A stretch of DNA of 64,000 nt from Octopus bimaculoides (taxonomy: Eukaryota): positions 138,540,926 to 138,604,925 of the forward strand of contig NC_068983.1 in NCBI RefSeq assembly GCF_001194135.2. The letters are read 5' to 3'. Each line of letters begins with the position of its first letter. The first letter of the stretch is position 1. Below the pieces are notes generated by a model that saw only the letters and a program-made list of their open reading frames with translations, was not told the origin of the DNA and made no database searches. Below, in pieces: positions 11,849 through 24,254 of this stretch. The position numbers were made by a program, and so were the translations under genes.

Positions 11849-12174
11849 GCGAGTTGGTTATCGAGTAATACCTAGAATTCTTTGGAAAATTTCTAATAAT
11901 AGCTTCCCGAAAATGGAAAGTAAGATTAGATTTAATTTGCCTCACACAAGGAATAATCAACCAGATAGTTTTGCTAGTAGTTGCCTTATTTTTAGTTTAT
12001 CTATCTTTAAAAGACATCGATTTAGTTCATTCTAAAGGTAAACAGATGTCTTTTAAAGACAGTTACTAAAAATAAGGCAACTACTAGCAAAACTATTTGG
12101 TTGATTATTTCTTATGAGAGGGAAATTAAATCTAATCTTCCTTTGCAGTAGGTATTACTCGATAATCAACTCGC
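11849..12174. repeat. Long imperfect hairpin (foldback)
   Basis: Inner arms 11922-12024 and 12039-12139 (about 100 bp, 14-nt loop). Outer arms 11849-11874 and 12149-12174 match at 25/26. The asymmetric internal loop is 47 nt versus 9 nt. Confidence 0.92.
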
Positions 12175-12522
12175 GTTTGACTCCATATATATATATATAN
12201 NNNNNNNNNNNNNNNNNNNNNNNNNNNNNNNNNNNNNNNNNNNNNNNNNNNNNNNNNNNNNNNNNNNNNNNNNNNNNNNNNNNNNNNNNNNNNNNNNNNN
12301 NNNNNNNNNNNNNNNNNNNNNNNNNNNNNNNNNNNNNNNNNNNNNNNNNNNCATAGACGTATTTCGGAAATGAAATCTTGGAGTATGAGAGGGGAACCCC
12401 TCCCAGAATGAGAATGTAATAATTTTAAAGTGAGCATAAATATATGTACCTGAAAAATTTGTATGATGAGAAGTATAATATATGTAAAAAAAAAAAAAGA
12501 AGAAAACTATCAGTAGAAATAT

Positions 12523-13043
12523 ATTACATGGAAAAATGCGAGCATGAACAGTAATATTCTTAAGATTATAAACCTGGAAAAGTACAGGGTAAGTTATTAC
12601 ACCTGTAAAAGTATAGGACAAGCTATTACTTCAAGTAAAGTAAAGAATAAGAAACTTTTTACTTAAAATATTGCAGCAAACAATGCCAGTTCTTCTAATT
12701 TAGCACTCTTCACAGTTGTCATCTTTTAAATTTATTGTACAAAACTGTTCAGCTAATTTGTAAGTTTGTCTAATTAGTCACTTTTTTCTGTATTTGAGGT
12801 AGTAAATTAGCCAAATTAAACTTAAATAAGTGTTGTTTTATTTGTAAGCTATAATAAAATATTTTTTAATATTCAAATTTTAATTTTAGCTGCAATATTT
12901 TAAGTAAAAAGTTTCTTATTCTTTACTTTTCTTGAAGTAATAGTTTGTCCTATACTTTTACAGGTGTAGTAACTTGTCCTGTACGTTTCCAGGCTTATCA
13001 TCTTAATAATATTTCTTTTCATACTCGCATTTTTCCATGTAAT
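12523..13043. repeat. 155-bp inverted repeat pair with 211-bp spacer (MITE/foldback-like)
   Basis: Arms 12523-12677 and 12889-13043 align without gaps with 12 mismatches (hand count). No clear target-site duplication. Confidence 0.92.
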
Positions 13044-13498
13044 CCATGTTTTTTTCCAGGCATGGTTGTTATAAGATAATTAATAATGTGTCAAGTAATA
13101 ATTTAAGATTTTACCTTATAAAATATTGGGTAGGGGGATACATTGGCTGCTATTTTTAGCGTGTCGAGCGACCAGGTAGAGACTCTTTCATTGGTTTGAT
13201 TGCGTTATGAGATTTTTGTACACATATATGTATATCATTGGTAGAAGTTAGAGAGTAAGTCAAAAGCTGACAGTTTCGTGTATTGGCACTTATCAAACGC
13301 GAATTTGTCCATTGTCACATTGCAACTTGTGACGAAATAATTTCTAAAATACAAAATTTTGACAAAACGTTAAGAGTAAACCCTGTTGTATGTGACACAT
13401 TGTACCAGTATCGGAAGTTTCAAAGCGTTTAGTTAAAAAAAATAATATATACTTAAATAATCTGTACGTCAAATTGAATAGATTCGAAATAGATACAA

Positions 13499-13596
13499 AG
13501 CGAAGTCGGCGGAATTTCAGCTCGAACTATAAACACAGGTGAAAACCAATAAGTATTTCGCCCGGCGCGCTAACGTCACTGCCAGCTCGCCGTCTT
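13499..13596 (-). mobile_element. SINE family A, 5' fragment
   Basis: The reverse complement starts AAGACGGCGAGCTGGCAGTGACGTTAGCGCGCCGGGCGAAATAC and reaches GAGCTGAAATTCCGCCGACTTCG. Confidence 0.75.
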
Positions 13597-14272
13597 AGAA
13601 CGTACCCATTAATTTTAGCAATATATTCTTTATTCTTATTGCTAAGCGTTACTTCCTTACTCTCTTACACGAAGTTTCGTGGTATTTCAACCCATAATGT
13701 TTCTTCTACTAATCTTTGACTAACAACTCTGAATTCCTCATACAGTTTTCTATCATTTAAGCCTAAGAAAAGTATACTTTTATTTTAAAATAAAAAGAAA
13801 AATGTATGTTAATTGAAGGTGTATAGGTGCCTTAATGTCCCCATTGAAGTCACAGATATTTTGATATACCTTTATTTCTACTGAACCAAATCTCAGACTA
13901 TTTATGCCACAGTGTAGCTGAGGAGGTGTTCTCTTTAAAGCTGTTAACAGATTGCAATTTAGTTGAGAACTGAATTAGTGGTGAAGCTTGGAAGCTGCTG
14001 TAGTTGAGGAAATGGTGGACTTAAGAATATATTCAACCACTACCGTGGTGGAATGGTATACATACGCACGCGCACACACACACACACACACACACACATA
14101 TCGTTTCTATAAGAATTGATAAACTTTGGAATGTAATCGGAAATTTTGAAGTACGTAAACTTATAAATAATAGTATGTAGACATTGCGTTCATGTGTTTT
14201 ATATGCTTTGAGATCAACTATTTAATACAGACACGCGAGCGCGGACATGCATGCATGCATACATACATACAA

Positions 14273-14369
<97 letters not shown>

Positions 14370-14529
14370 CACATGATACGTCCAGTAAACTTATTTGCAA
14401 CAGCCTTCAATATAATGTTTCAGTCCTCGCAGCAAATAAAGAAATCACTGTTATCATGATGATTTACCTCATTCACACAAAGCGTTTCACCCGCCAGAAA
14501 CAGACAAATATCCAGGAATCTAATATGTA

Positions 14530-14566
<37 letters not shown>

Positions 14567-14638
14567 NNNNNNNNNNNNNNNNNNNNNNNNNNNNNNNNNN
14601 NNNNNNNNNNNNNNNNNNNNNNNNNNNNNNNNNNNNNN

Positions 14639-14701
<63 letters not shown>

Positions 14702-15504
14702 GTTAGAGAGATATTATTTATTGTATATAAAAGAACGAAGAGGAAAGCTATCGAAAATAGATTGTAAAATATTAAAATAGACATATGATAGAAAGTGGGG
14801 GAGTGACGAATGTTTCAGTGACAACAATGAAGTTAATTAGGAGGTTTGTTCAGCTTTTACACAACTGAGATTTAACGGTATTGTGTCACTATAGTTGAGC
14901 CTGTGGATAAGCTGTCCTCTCATGACATGCACTCTTGTCCTGAAGATTCCGCGTTCTTTTGAGCCACTTTATCGTTTATATTTATTTATTTAATACTTTT
15001 AACGTGTGGTTTGTGTGATACGTGGCTACTACTTAAAGTACATTGATGAGTAATATGGATTATTTGTTGTTGTTTGACAGGCTGTATCAATGTCAGCAAT
15101 AGAAATCTCAAAAATATGCTGCGTGGTATTCTAAATATTTCTCTATTTCTCTATCAAATTTTCTTTCTTTTCTGTCTCTCCCACGCCTCTTCATGTTAAG
15201 TTCTTCATACCTCACAAGAATATATAGAATACAACAGCATTCCAAAAATGGCTTTCAATTTCATGTCGCTTTAATTAATATCATACTGATTTCAACCATT
15301 AACGACATTTGGACACAGATTGGTGGGAAATGTCTAACCCGATAATTCAACTGCCATTCTTTGATTATATTCTACGTTATCGACCGTGGAAGCATGACTA
15401 AGCGGCATCTTATTAACTCCATTAAACGATTTCCAAGTCATACACTGCTTCCATAGTAGGCATAGAAATAAATATATTTACCTTCATCATATTTATATAT
15501 AATA

Positions 15505-15660
15505 GGCATAGGTGTGTAGTAAGAAGCTTGCTTCCCAACCACATGGTTCCGGGGATCAGTCCCATTGCGAAGCACCTTAGGTAAGTGCTTTATACTATAG
15601 TCTCGGGCTAATCAAAGCCTTGTGAGTGGGATTTGGCAGGCACAAACTGAAAGTCCATCG
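15505..15660 (+). mobile_element. SINE family B, 5' half (ends at internal (TA)n)
   Basis: GTAAGAAGCTTGCTTCCCAACCACATGGTTCC...CACCTTAGGTAAGTG...AAAGCCTTGTGAGTGGGATTTGG. Confidence 0.85.
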
Positions 15661-15687
<27 letters not shown>

Positions 15688-15692
<5 letters not shown>

Positions 15693-15997
15693 GGATTACG
15701 ATGCCCTGCCCACCATATTCACCGGACATTGCTCCATCTGATTATCATTTATTCCGCAGTCGTCAGAATCATTTGGATGGAAAAAATATGAATTGTGTAG
15801 ACGAGCTCAGAACAGTATTGGAGGAATATTTTTCGTCACTGACAAATAAATTTCGGAAGAGGGGACCTTGCAAATTTACCAGATAGATGGAAGAGCTTTG
15901 TAGAAAATGAAGGGAAGTATATTTTAAATTTAAAAATAATTGAATTTATCTTCATTTTGAAAACTAAAAGAAGTAAAAATGCACAGATAACCAAATA
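15688..15997 (+). mobile_element. mariner (DD34D) transposase C-terminal remnant with probable 3' TIR
   Basis: Translation PCPPYSPDIAPSDYHLFRSRQNHLDGK...VLEEYFSS...F..RG contains the mariner YSPD(L/I)APSD motif. The element ends at ATAACCAAATA next to TA. Confidence 0.9.
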
Positions 15998-17359
15998 TAT
16001 ATATGTACGTGTGCGTTTGTCTACGTTTGTATGCGTGTAAGTGTGTGTGTGTGTATCCGTATTTGAATTGCTGTGTTAGATACAACTCAGCTAGTTATTA
16101 AAAAAGGTTAATGTTTCAAAAAATATAATTCAACCACTCGGTGAAATTAGAGATCGATATGACTGTCACTGGAGTGATATGATTGATTAGTTTCGATATC
16201 AGTATCCTACATTTGCCATTGTACGGTAAATGAAACCCGAGAAAGAACATTTTCTCGAATAAAATGTAAATGTCTGCAATAGTTATTGGTGGGAAGAAAT
16301 ATGAATATAAGATACATTATACTGGATTCAAGTACAACATGGAAGGTCGATTATGGCTGGACATGAACTTAGAAAATAGTGCTACAAAGGTAAATGCTTT
16401 GATCTGCTTAGGCTTGCACATTACCTTTTTTTTTTGTTGTGTTCTATCCTTAACTCACCACTCCAATTTTAGATGTAATGAATATGTAATGTTAAACCTG
16501 ATGTTTGGGGTACAAACATTGGCTAAAACTGGCAGTGGTTCAGTAGCTTTTCGTATATAATACATCAAAGTTTTCATAGAATAAAGGAAATCAAATAGCA
16601 GAGAAAGAGACAATCATTTTAAGTCAACAAACGTTGATTGTCAATGGAAGAAGACATCAAAAACTGTTGTGTTGTTTTATCATCTGAAACATTCAAGACG
16701 CAAAACTAAAGAAAGCGGGTTGGGGGAGTGAGAAACCTCATTATTAAACTAGAGTTACTTGATTGCTATCTTATAGAAAGCAACAAAGCTGATAACATGC
16801 CTTATAGCGGTGCTCTAATTCTGTACTTCGATTTGTCTTCGTTTATCTACTTACAAACTGTCGTTAAGACAGCAGTAATGTTTTGAAAATATAATAAAAT
16901 TGATCACTCTTTTATAGATTTCCACTTTAGAATGTTAGCTTTATACGTACGTTGAAACTGAGTAACTCACCGAGACATATGTGGATATGTGTAGAACTGA
17001 CTATAAAATACAGAATCATGTGTATATATAACAATTTATACACAAGTGTAAATAAAATGCATTACTAAGAAGTAAACTTAGTATGATGGACAAATAAAAG
17101 AAGTAAAGTACAGAAATTATTTCCACCTACGTGAGTTCAAATTCCAAATTATATACAGTGAACTTTGAAGTTTCGTCCTATTTCGATTAATAAAATAACT
17201 AATAGAGAGATATTGGGACTTATTCAGTATATTTATGGCAATCTATATCTCGATAAAAATACTGCTATGAAAAGTAGCACATTGATGCAGGAGAAACTTC
17301 AATTACTCTAATGTCTCTTAAAATGTTGACTGCACAACTATATTTACAGAACCTCACAC

Positions 17360-17362
<3 letters not shown>

Positions 17363-17442
<80 letters not shown>
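17363..17442. repeat. (CA)n microsatellite
   Basis: Directly visible. Confidence 0.98.
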
Positions 17443-17444
<2 letters not shown>

Positions 17445-17534
17445 ATATTGTACATATGATATACGTTATAAAGTATATATAACAAAAAATGCAAAGAGTC
17501 AGAAAACAAACAAAGTAGGAAAAGAAACATCATC

Positions 17535-18120
17535 TGATTCAACCGTCTCTTAAGTCTAAATGTAGCACACAGCTTCCTAACATTTATTAGTATTCCCAAC
17601 TGAAGACAAATACGGCAAAATATTCAGTAGAGACAATTCAAAAGTCAGCTACAGCTACACAAGAAGACATGAAATGCATCATACAATTACTAAATAACAG
17701 CACACCTGCAAATAATCAACATAGAGCAGAAAAAAAGGTTCAACAGCATAAGATCTAGTAAATGCACGTTACGGAAATTATATACAAATTAGCAGTCGAT
17801 AAAACAAGTTTCAAAGGAAAGACAAAAATGATAGAACTAAATATGTGCTACAAATGGAAACTTTAAAGACAAATACATAAAACGTGCAAAGGCATCCCGG
17901 ACCATATATAAAGGAACGCAATATCTCAGAGATATTAGGACAGAGATGTTGTAACTTTACCGCAAACATAAAATAGGAAATTACAATCTTGGCATGATCA
18001 TGCATAAACGATTATTGCATCTATCACCGGTGCAACAAAGGAAAGTAGCACATAAATACAAAAGCACAAACGCATTCGAAATAAGAAAACTGAAGCCGTA
18101 TCATGATACAAATAACAAAA
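17535..18120 (+). mobile_element. Penelope-like element remnant (post-RT linker / GIY-YIG region)
   Basis: Translation *FNRLLSLNVAHSFL...PTEDKYGKIFSRDNSKVSYSY...MKCII resembles the PLE motif WFNPPFS..V...FP..H...KIFNRN.VKVSYSC..NM..II. The downstream part is heavily decayed. Confidence 0.65.
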
Positions 18121-18616
18121 TACGCCCGAATTCCAAGCGGGATAACATAACCACCGCCCTCAAAAATATAGCAATCCCACAAGCATAAAACACAGACACA
18201 CAGATACACACGCAAACAGACACACACAAGTAAGCACACGCACACATTCGTATACAAAGAAACAAGACGCGCAATAGTAATAGGATGCAATAGCATACAA
18301 CCACTAACGCAGCCATAAATTCAAAAAATTAATTACTATATATCGTATATGTATATATAACGAAATTTTAACACCAAGCAGTGTTTAGGCATTAAGAAAA
18401 ATTAGGCTAGTTAAATATGCTTGTGACGTATTTCAACTCAGTGTTTTCACATCTTTTTACCATAAGAAAGGCATTGTCTCCACGCTAACTGCAATGAATT
18501 TACCATTTAGCAGTTGTAATATGTCATAAACATATTTTAACTAACCTAAATTTTCCTATATAAATATATATATTCATAAAAGGTTATACATATATACGCA
18601 CACGCAGTTATATATA

Positions 18617-18649
<33 letters not shown>

Positions 18650-18662
18650 NNNNNNNNNNCAG

Positions 18663-18896
18663 TCAAGTTTTGTTTATGGTCCATTCAAGTAGTGAGTTCT
18701 TATTGAGTGAGTTGTGTCCAGGTATGGGTGGCTTGTCTGGTATTCCTTGAAGAAATCTGTCTAGACTCCGTTTAAAGCGGATAGGATCCTGTTCCTCTTT
18801 TATCTCTTTCGGGACAATGTTAAACAGGGCAGGGCCTGTTGAGGAAAAGAAATTATGTCGCAGTGTACCTATATGTTGTGATCCTGAATTGGGTAG
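18663..18896 (-). mobile_element. CR1/L2-group LINE, 3' end of ORF2
   Basis: Open frame ...HNFFSSTGPALFNIVPKEIKEEQDPIRFKRSLDRFLQGIPDKPPIPGHNSLNKNSLLEW...*, typical of the C-terminus GPxLFNxLP...FKxxLDxFL..PDxP. Confidence 0.8.
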
Positions 18897-19169
18897 TCAG
18901 CGCATTAGTAAAGAGTCATATTTTATCACAAAATATAAACTCCTTTTGAATGCGTCCACCACAAATGACACTATAACAAGGACCTTAGAATAATACCCCC
19001 GCAAATATTAAAAACGATATATTCAGAACAGTCACTACCCAACAATTAATTCAGAACAATTCCAATCACTACTACTCTAACCACCCCTGGTCACTTTTAG
19101 GTCACTTAACCATTTAAGAAGATTTCCCCAACATCCTACTAGTGTCATAGCACTCACGCATTTTTATTA

Positions 19170-19366
19170 TTCTTTCTTCTTCTTGTTCTTCTTGTTCTTC
19201 TTCTTCTTCTTGTTCTTCTTCTTCTTCTTCTTCTTCTTCTTCTTCTTCTTCTTCTTCTTCTTCTTCTTCTTCTTCTTCTTCTTCTTCTTCTTCTTCTTCT
19301 TCTTCTTCTTCTTCTTCTTCTTCTTCTTCTTCTTCTTCTTCTTCTTCTTCTTCTTCTTCTTCTTCT
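19170..19366. repeat. Long (TTC)n microsatellite (about 65 units)
   Basis: Directly visible. Confidence 0.98.
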
Positions 19367-21274
19367 CCTCCTCCTTTCTCAGCTACTACATATAGTGGAG
19401 TTGTAGATTAATTTCCTTTACTCAAAACTAGAGGCTACGATAAACCGTCTATGACAAACGCAAGCGAAAGAAGATCTGATCAGGGATGCTATACACCTGA
19501 AAATCGATATTTATGTATTTTAGAGATTCCACCTTAATTAAATCTAAATTGAGTAACTGGAATGCGAAAATAATTATATTATATAACGAAATGTTAAAAA
19601 TATGGATCTATAGACATTTCTTCCAAGATTTCAATCTTCGTCATATTAATAACAATAACTATATTAAATCTTTCATAGACAGACAACAGAAAATGGCTTA
19701 CCATGAAAAATATTTAACTTATTCGGCATTTTTAATACTTTTCAAAAACATTTTTATTCACTGTTTAGAATGAATGATTCCCTGACGTAGTAGAGAAGTA
19801 ATTATGTTGTTGCTTCAAGCTATATTCATTATCAGGGAAATCTACAGGATCATTCTTAAAGTATTGAAGCATCATAATATATATATATATACACACACAT
19901 ATATATATATGTGTGTATGTGTGTGTGTGTATGTATATATATATATATACACATATGTATATACACACAGATATATATACACAGACAAACACACACACAC
20001 ACACACATATATACATATGTGTGCGTACACTTCAACAACCATGTTTCAAATTAGCTATCTATAACTAGATATTTCGTGTGAAGTTATACGTATGTGTATG
20101 TATGTATATATATATATATATGAGTGTGTGTGCGTGTATGTGTGTATGTGCATATATATATATATATATGCATACATACATATAGCAATCAAAATCTTCA
20201 AATTATGCGCGTGTAATAATGTGTGATTCCTTCAGCTAATTATAATCTCCACCATAAGTATTCAAAATATGCTGCTTCATATGATATTTATTTCTTTGAG
20301 CTACTCATGTAGCATAATTATAACAGTCACGTGAAAATTCCAATTCAAATATTCTCAATAATAATTCTTGATTATTCTCAAGATCTGAATTCCTTCGTAG
20401 TTAGGGTTTACAATTAGAGCCAATGTTTGCTGTGGAGATAATCAAGTAAGGATTTCGAGTAGTTAGAATAGCATTTGAAAAACAGAATTAACAGTAATAA
20501 ACACCCACAACAAAAATAACAATATTCTGGAAAAATCTTAACTAACATATAGTGCCAGATGGAAGGACACGTCGTCCTCAAAGAATTGTAGGAAGACGCT
20601 ACATACTGGAATAAGCTGTTAACTTAAACCTTTGGAACATACTTTTTATCACAATTAGTGGCAATTAGTCTCGTTAGTAACTGATTTTCAATGCCTTAAT
20701 CATTGACATACTCGCTTCCTTGATGATAGGTATGTGAAAAAATTTCTGTGTAACCTGGTGCCGAACAAATATCGGAACAAACGTTCTTTTAAAAAACATC
20801 TATCCCTTGTCTTTTAAACCCATGTCATTAAGTTTCTATGAGGTATATTGTCGAAATATATACACAAGCATACATAAACCTATGCATCCATATATATATA
20901 TATATATATATATATANNNNNNNNNNNNNNNNNNNNNNNNNNNNNNNNNNNNNNNNNNNNNNNNNNNNNNNNNNNNNNNNNNNNNNNNNNNNNNNNNNNN
21001 NNNNNNNNNNNNNNNNNNNNNNNNNNNNNNNNNNNNNNNNNNNNNNNNNNNNNNNNNNNNNNNNNNNNNNNNNNNNNNNNNNNNNNNNNNNNNNNNNNNN
21101 NNNNNNNNNNNNNNNNNNNNNNNNNNNNNNNNNNNNNTATATATATATATATATATATATATTGATAGGAAGGAAAACAAAAGAAAGAGACCTCGATATT
21201 ACGCACATAGAGGAATTTATCTGTAAAAATATGTGACACTTATTCGGTAGCCATGATAAAGCCTCGAGTTTCGG

Positions 21275-21324
<50 letters not shown>

Positions 21325-22521
21325 ATGAATATACAACTGTACAACAAATTGTTCTCTGTAGCAAAATTCGCTCACAAGTCATTGTTTAACTCATGTCTAT
21401 AAAAGGATATATGTACAAGGTACAAGAAATTGTGCAGTGGGACCAGTCTTTACACTATGTTGGTTTTAGCCGAAATTCTTAATCACACTGCTACAACATT
21501 TCTGTCTTATAAGCACGTTTTCTGCTACATAGTGTTATATTTTATCGCACAAAACTGTTGATTCCCAGACAATAGATATATTTTCTTTCTTAAATATCAG
21601 TACAGCATATACACGTACTTGTATATTAATGACACTGGACCATCTGCTTGTTGGAATATACTTTTTAGGATAAGCAAAGTAAAATATATATGTGATTTTC
21701 TCACCGTCATTTTCTTATGCGACAGAACTTATAATACACTGAGTCTGTGAAAGCATTTTCTGTAACGATGATTGATGGAAAAGAGCTTAACTACCTGTGT
21801 CAAGAAACCTTTAGCTATGTTACTTTTAACCTAGACATCATCCTACATTCATTGTAACCAGGTTATTTATGAATGATTCATTATAGTTACCATAGTCATA
21901 AGCTACTATATAACCTCCTAAACTATATTTAGAAAACTTACATTAACCATCTTATGAGCCTAATTTCCACTTTGCTTAATATCTAGCGCCAGAAATGTTA
22001 TTAAAATTGTTAAAGTTTCGTTTGCTAAGGATTTAAATACAGATGAGCTCTGAATTTTGTCCGCTCGCTGATATAAGCGCAGTAGTTCTACAATATTGAG
22101 ATAGATCATATTCCTACCTTTATCTAACTTATGACAATAAATTAAAGCTTTCTGAGAACTTGCTGATACAGGTTGATAAGATATGGTCAGTAGAAGGTTA
22201 GCTTATGTAAGAATATCTACACATATGTGTGTATGTATGTCATTATTCAGTTTATTTCATGTTTTCCTGCCAATAGAGAAAGAATCAGTTTCTAACCTAA
22301 ATCCAAGGCTACTTCATTAGAACTTAAACATCAACAATAGGGCTTTTTTGTATGTATGCATGTATGTATGTATGTATGTATGTATGTATGTATGTGTGTG
22401 TGTGTATGTATGTATGTATGTATGTATGTATGTATGCTTGTATGTATGCATGCATGAATTTATGTTTTATGTTATATTTATGCACGTGTATAGATATACC
22501 TGTATGCGTGCTCTTATATAA

Positions 22522-22674
22522 GTTAATATGTGTTTATTTTTGTCATCGTTATTCCATTTCGTCAAACCGAAGAAATTGCTATACTAAAACTTGGAATATA
22601 TTCCACGTTTTAGTATAGTAATTTCTTCAGTTTGACGAAATGGAATAACGATGACAAAAATATACACAATTAAC
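22522..22674. repeat. Near-perfect spacerless palindrome, centre 22598/22599
   Basis: 22535-22598 versus 22599-22662 has 3 mismatches in 64 bp; imperfect pairing extends to 22522/22674. Confidence 0.95.
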
Positions 22675-24254
22675 CTCCCTTGATACTTGCCTAGCAATTT
22701 GCTGTTATTCTTAATTTTGTGTTACTTTGCTCTAAAAATATTTCACTTACGATAGTGATCTAGTACCTTTCACTGATGCCGGCATTATGCTTCAACATTA
22801 TTTTTCAATTGGTCTATAGCCACCAACTTTCGACCATCTCCGTTTAACGTTAGTTGTTATTTCAGCATGTGTCTACTACTATAAGTTCTTGGTCGTAAAT
22901 AGGTGCGCTAAAAAAAAAAAAAAAAAAAAAAAAGAAAAAATGTCAAAACATTAAAAAATAAAATCGAGGACGTGACTAATACCAACACATCTTAATTACA
23001 ATCCAAAATATCTTCTTTCCTTACTATACAATTTGCTCCGTTATATTTTCAGACGCCATTTTTACTAAGAAAAATAAAAGTAGAGTTGTAAGCTCAAATA
23101 TCCTTAATGAACGTTTGAAGTTTAGAGGGATACGTGAAATACATTACTCCTTTTCAAAAATACAAGATTTTAACTGAATCTTTCGGGGCTCCAAGGAAGA
23201 GAAACATATTTTTGAAGAAAAGTAATTTAATGGAAACGAAATCCTCGATTTCTTGTTAATCGTTTGCAATTTTTGCTATTAACATTTGATTTACAGACCT
23301 CTTTATTTGCCCCAGAGTTTTCATGGCTGCTATCAGTTCTCGTTTTCTTTTATTTGGGGGATTAGTGTCTCTCTGCTCTTATTCAGATTATATTCTCAAG
23401 CAAATTATACGGTATACCACCGTCTCCAGGAAATTTTCCAAACTAGGAAGTGAAAAGATGCTGTAATATTGGCAAAGGCACAACACTTTACAGACATTTT
23501 CTTGGCTTCAAAAAGGATAACTCAAAAGTTAGTGAACAATCAATAACATATATATCTTTTTCGAGAATCTAACTGCACACTCACAAACATCTGCAAAAAG
23601 TAGGAGTAACATATCAATTCAAGATACTGAAGATGAAGAATCACCGCATCCTATTGACATGGATAGTGAAGTTCCATCTTGGGATCTAGGTCGAGCCATA
23701 TGGTTTCTGCCAGAGAAAAGTATGTGTTGATGTTCTTTCAGTCAAAATCATATATCATTCTTCGACCCAGAATCTGGACATTATCAAAATAAGTGAATGC
23801 AAGATGGATGCAAAAAAAGAATAAAGCTCCTAGACGAGAAATATCGTCATAAGGCCGGTTTCTCAGTTTGTTTGTGTGGCATATATATTCTGGACGTGGC
23901 GCCGGTCCGTCACAGGAAAGCTGGATGGGCACTATCATTTATTTTAAGAATTCAATGTTTTATACTATTCGTAAAAATGGTGAGCAACTTTTAAAAAGTA
24001 GCTCCTGTAAAATCCAGCAATAAGTATACAGTAGTGTATTGCTTTTAATGTGATTTGATGATGTCAAGACGCTGTGACAAATTTTTCAGCTTTAAGAATG
24101 GCTTTAATAATTGGCAAAATGCAGAAGTGAAATTGAAAACACATGAACAAATCTAAGGTCGCTGAAATTCTATGTTGTAGTTCAATATTTCACGTAAATT
24201 AAGGCGGTGAGCTGGCAGAAACGTTAACACGCCGGTCGAACTGCTTAGCGGTAT

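Noticed and set aside
11579-12035. Overlapping AT-rich ORFs (66 aa minus, 121 aa plus), considered as NUMT or viral insert
   Set aside because: No mitochondrial or viral motif recognised; the composition is explained by AT bias and part overlaps the hairpin.
12795-12816. TGAGGTAGTA, the start of let-7
   Set aside because: Only the first 10 nt match; the rest (AATTAGCCAAAT) does not, and there is no local pre-miRNA hairpin. Seed-only matches to miR-92 (near 6070) and miR-277 (near 17759) were rejected likewise.
21706-21745. Minus-strand 40-nt segment bounded by CACAG and GTGAGA
   Set aside because: Stops in all three frames.
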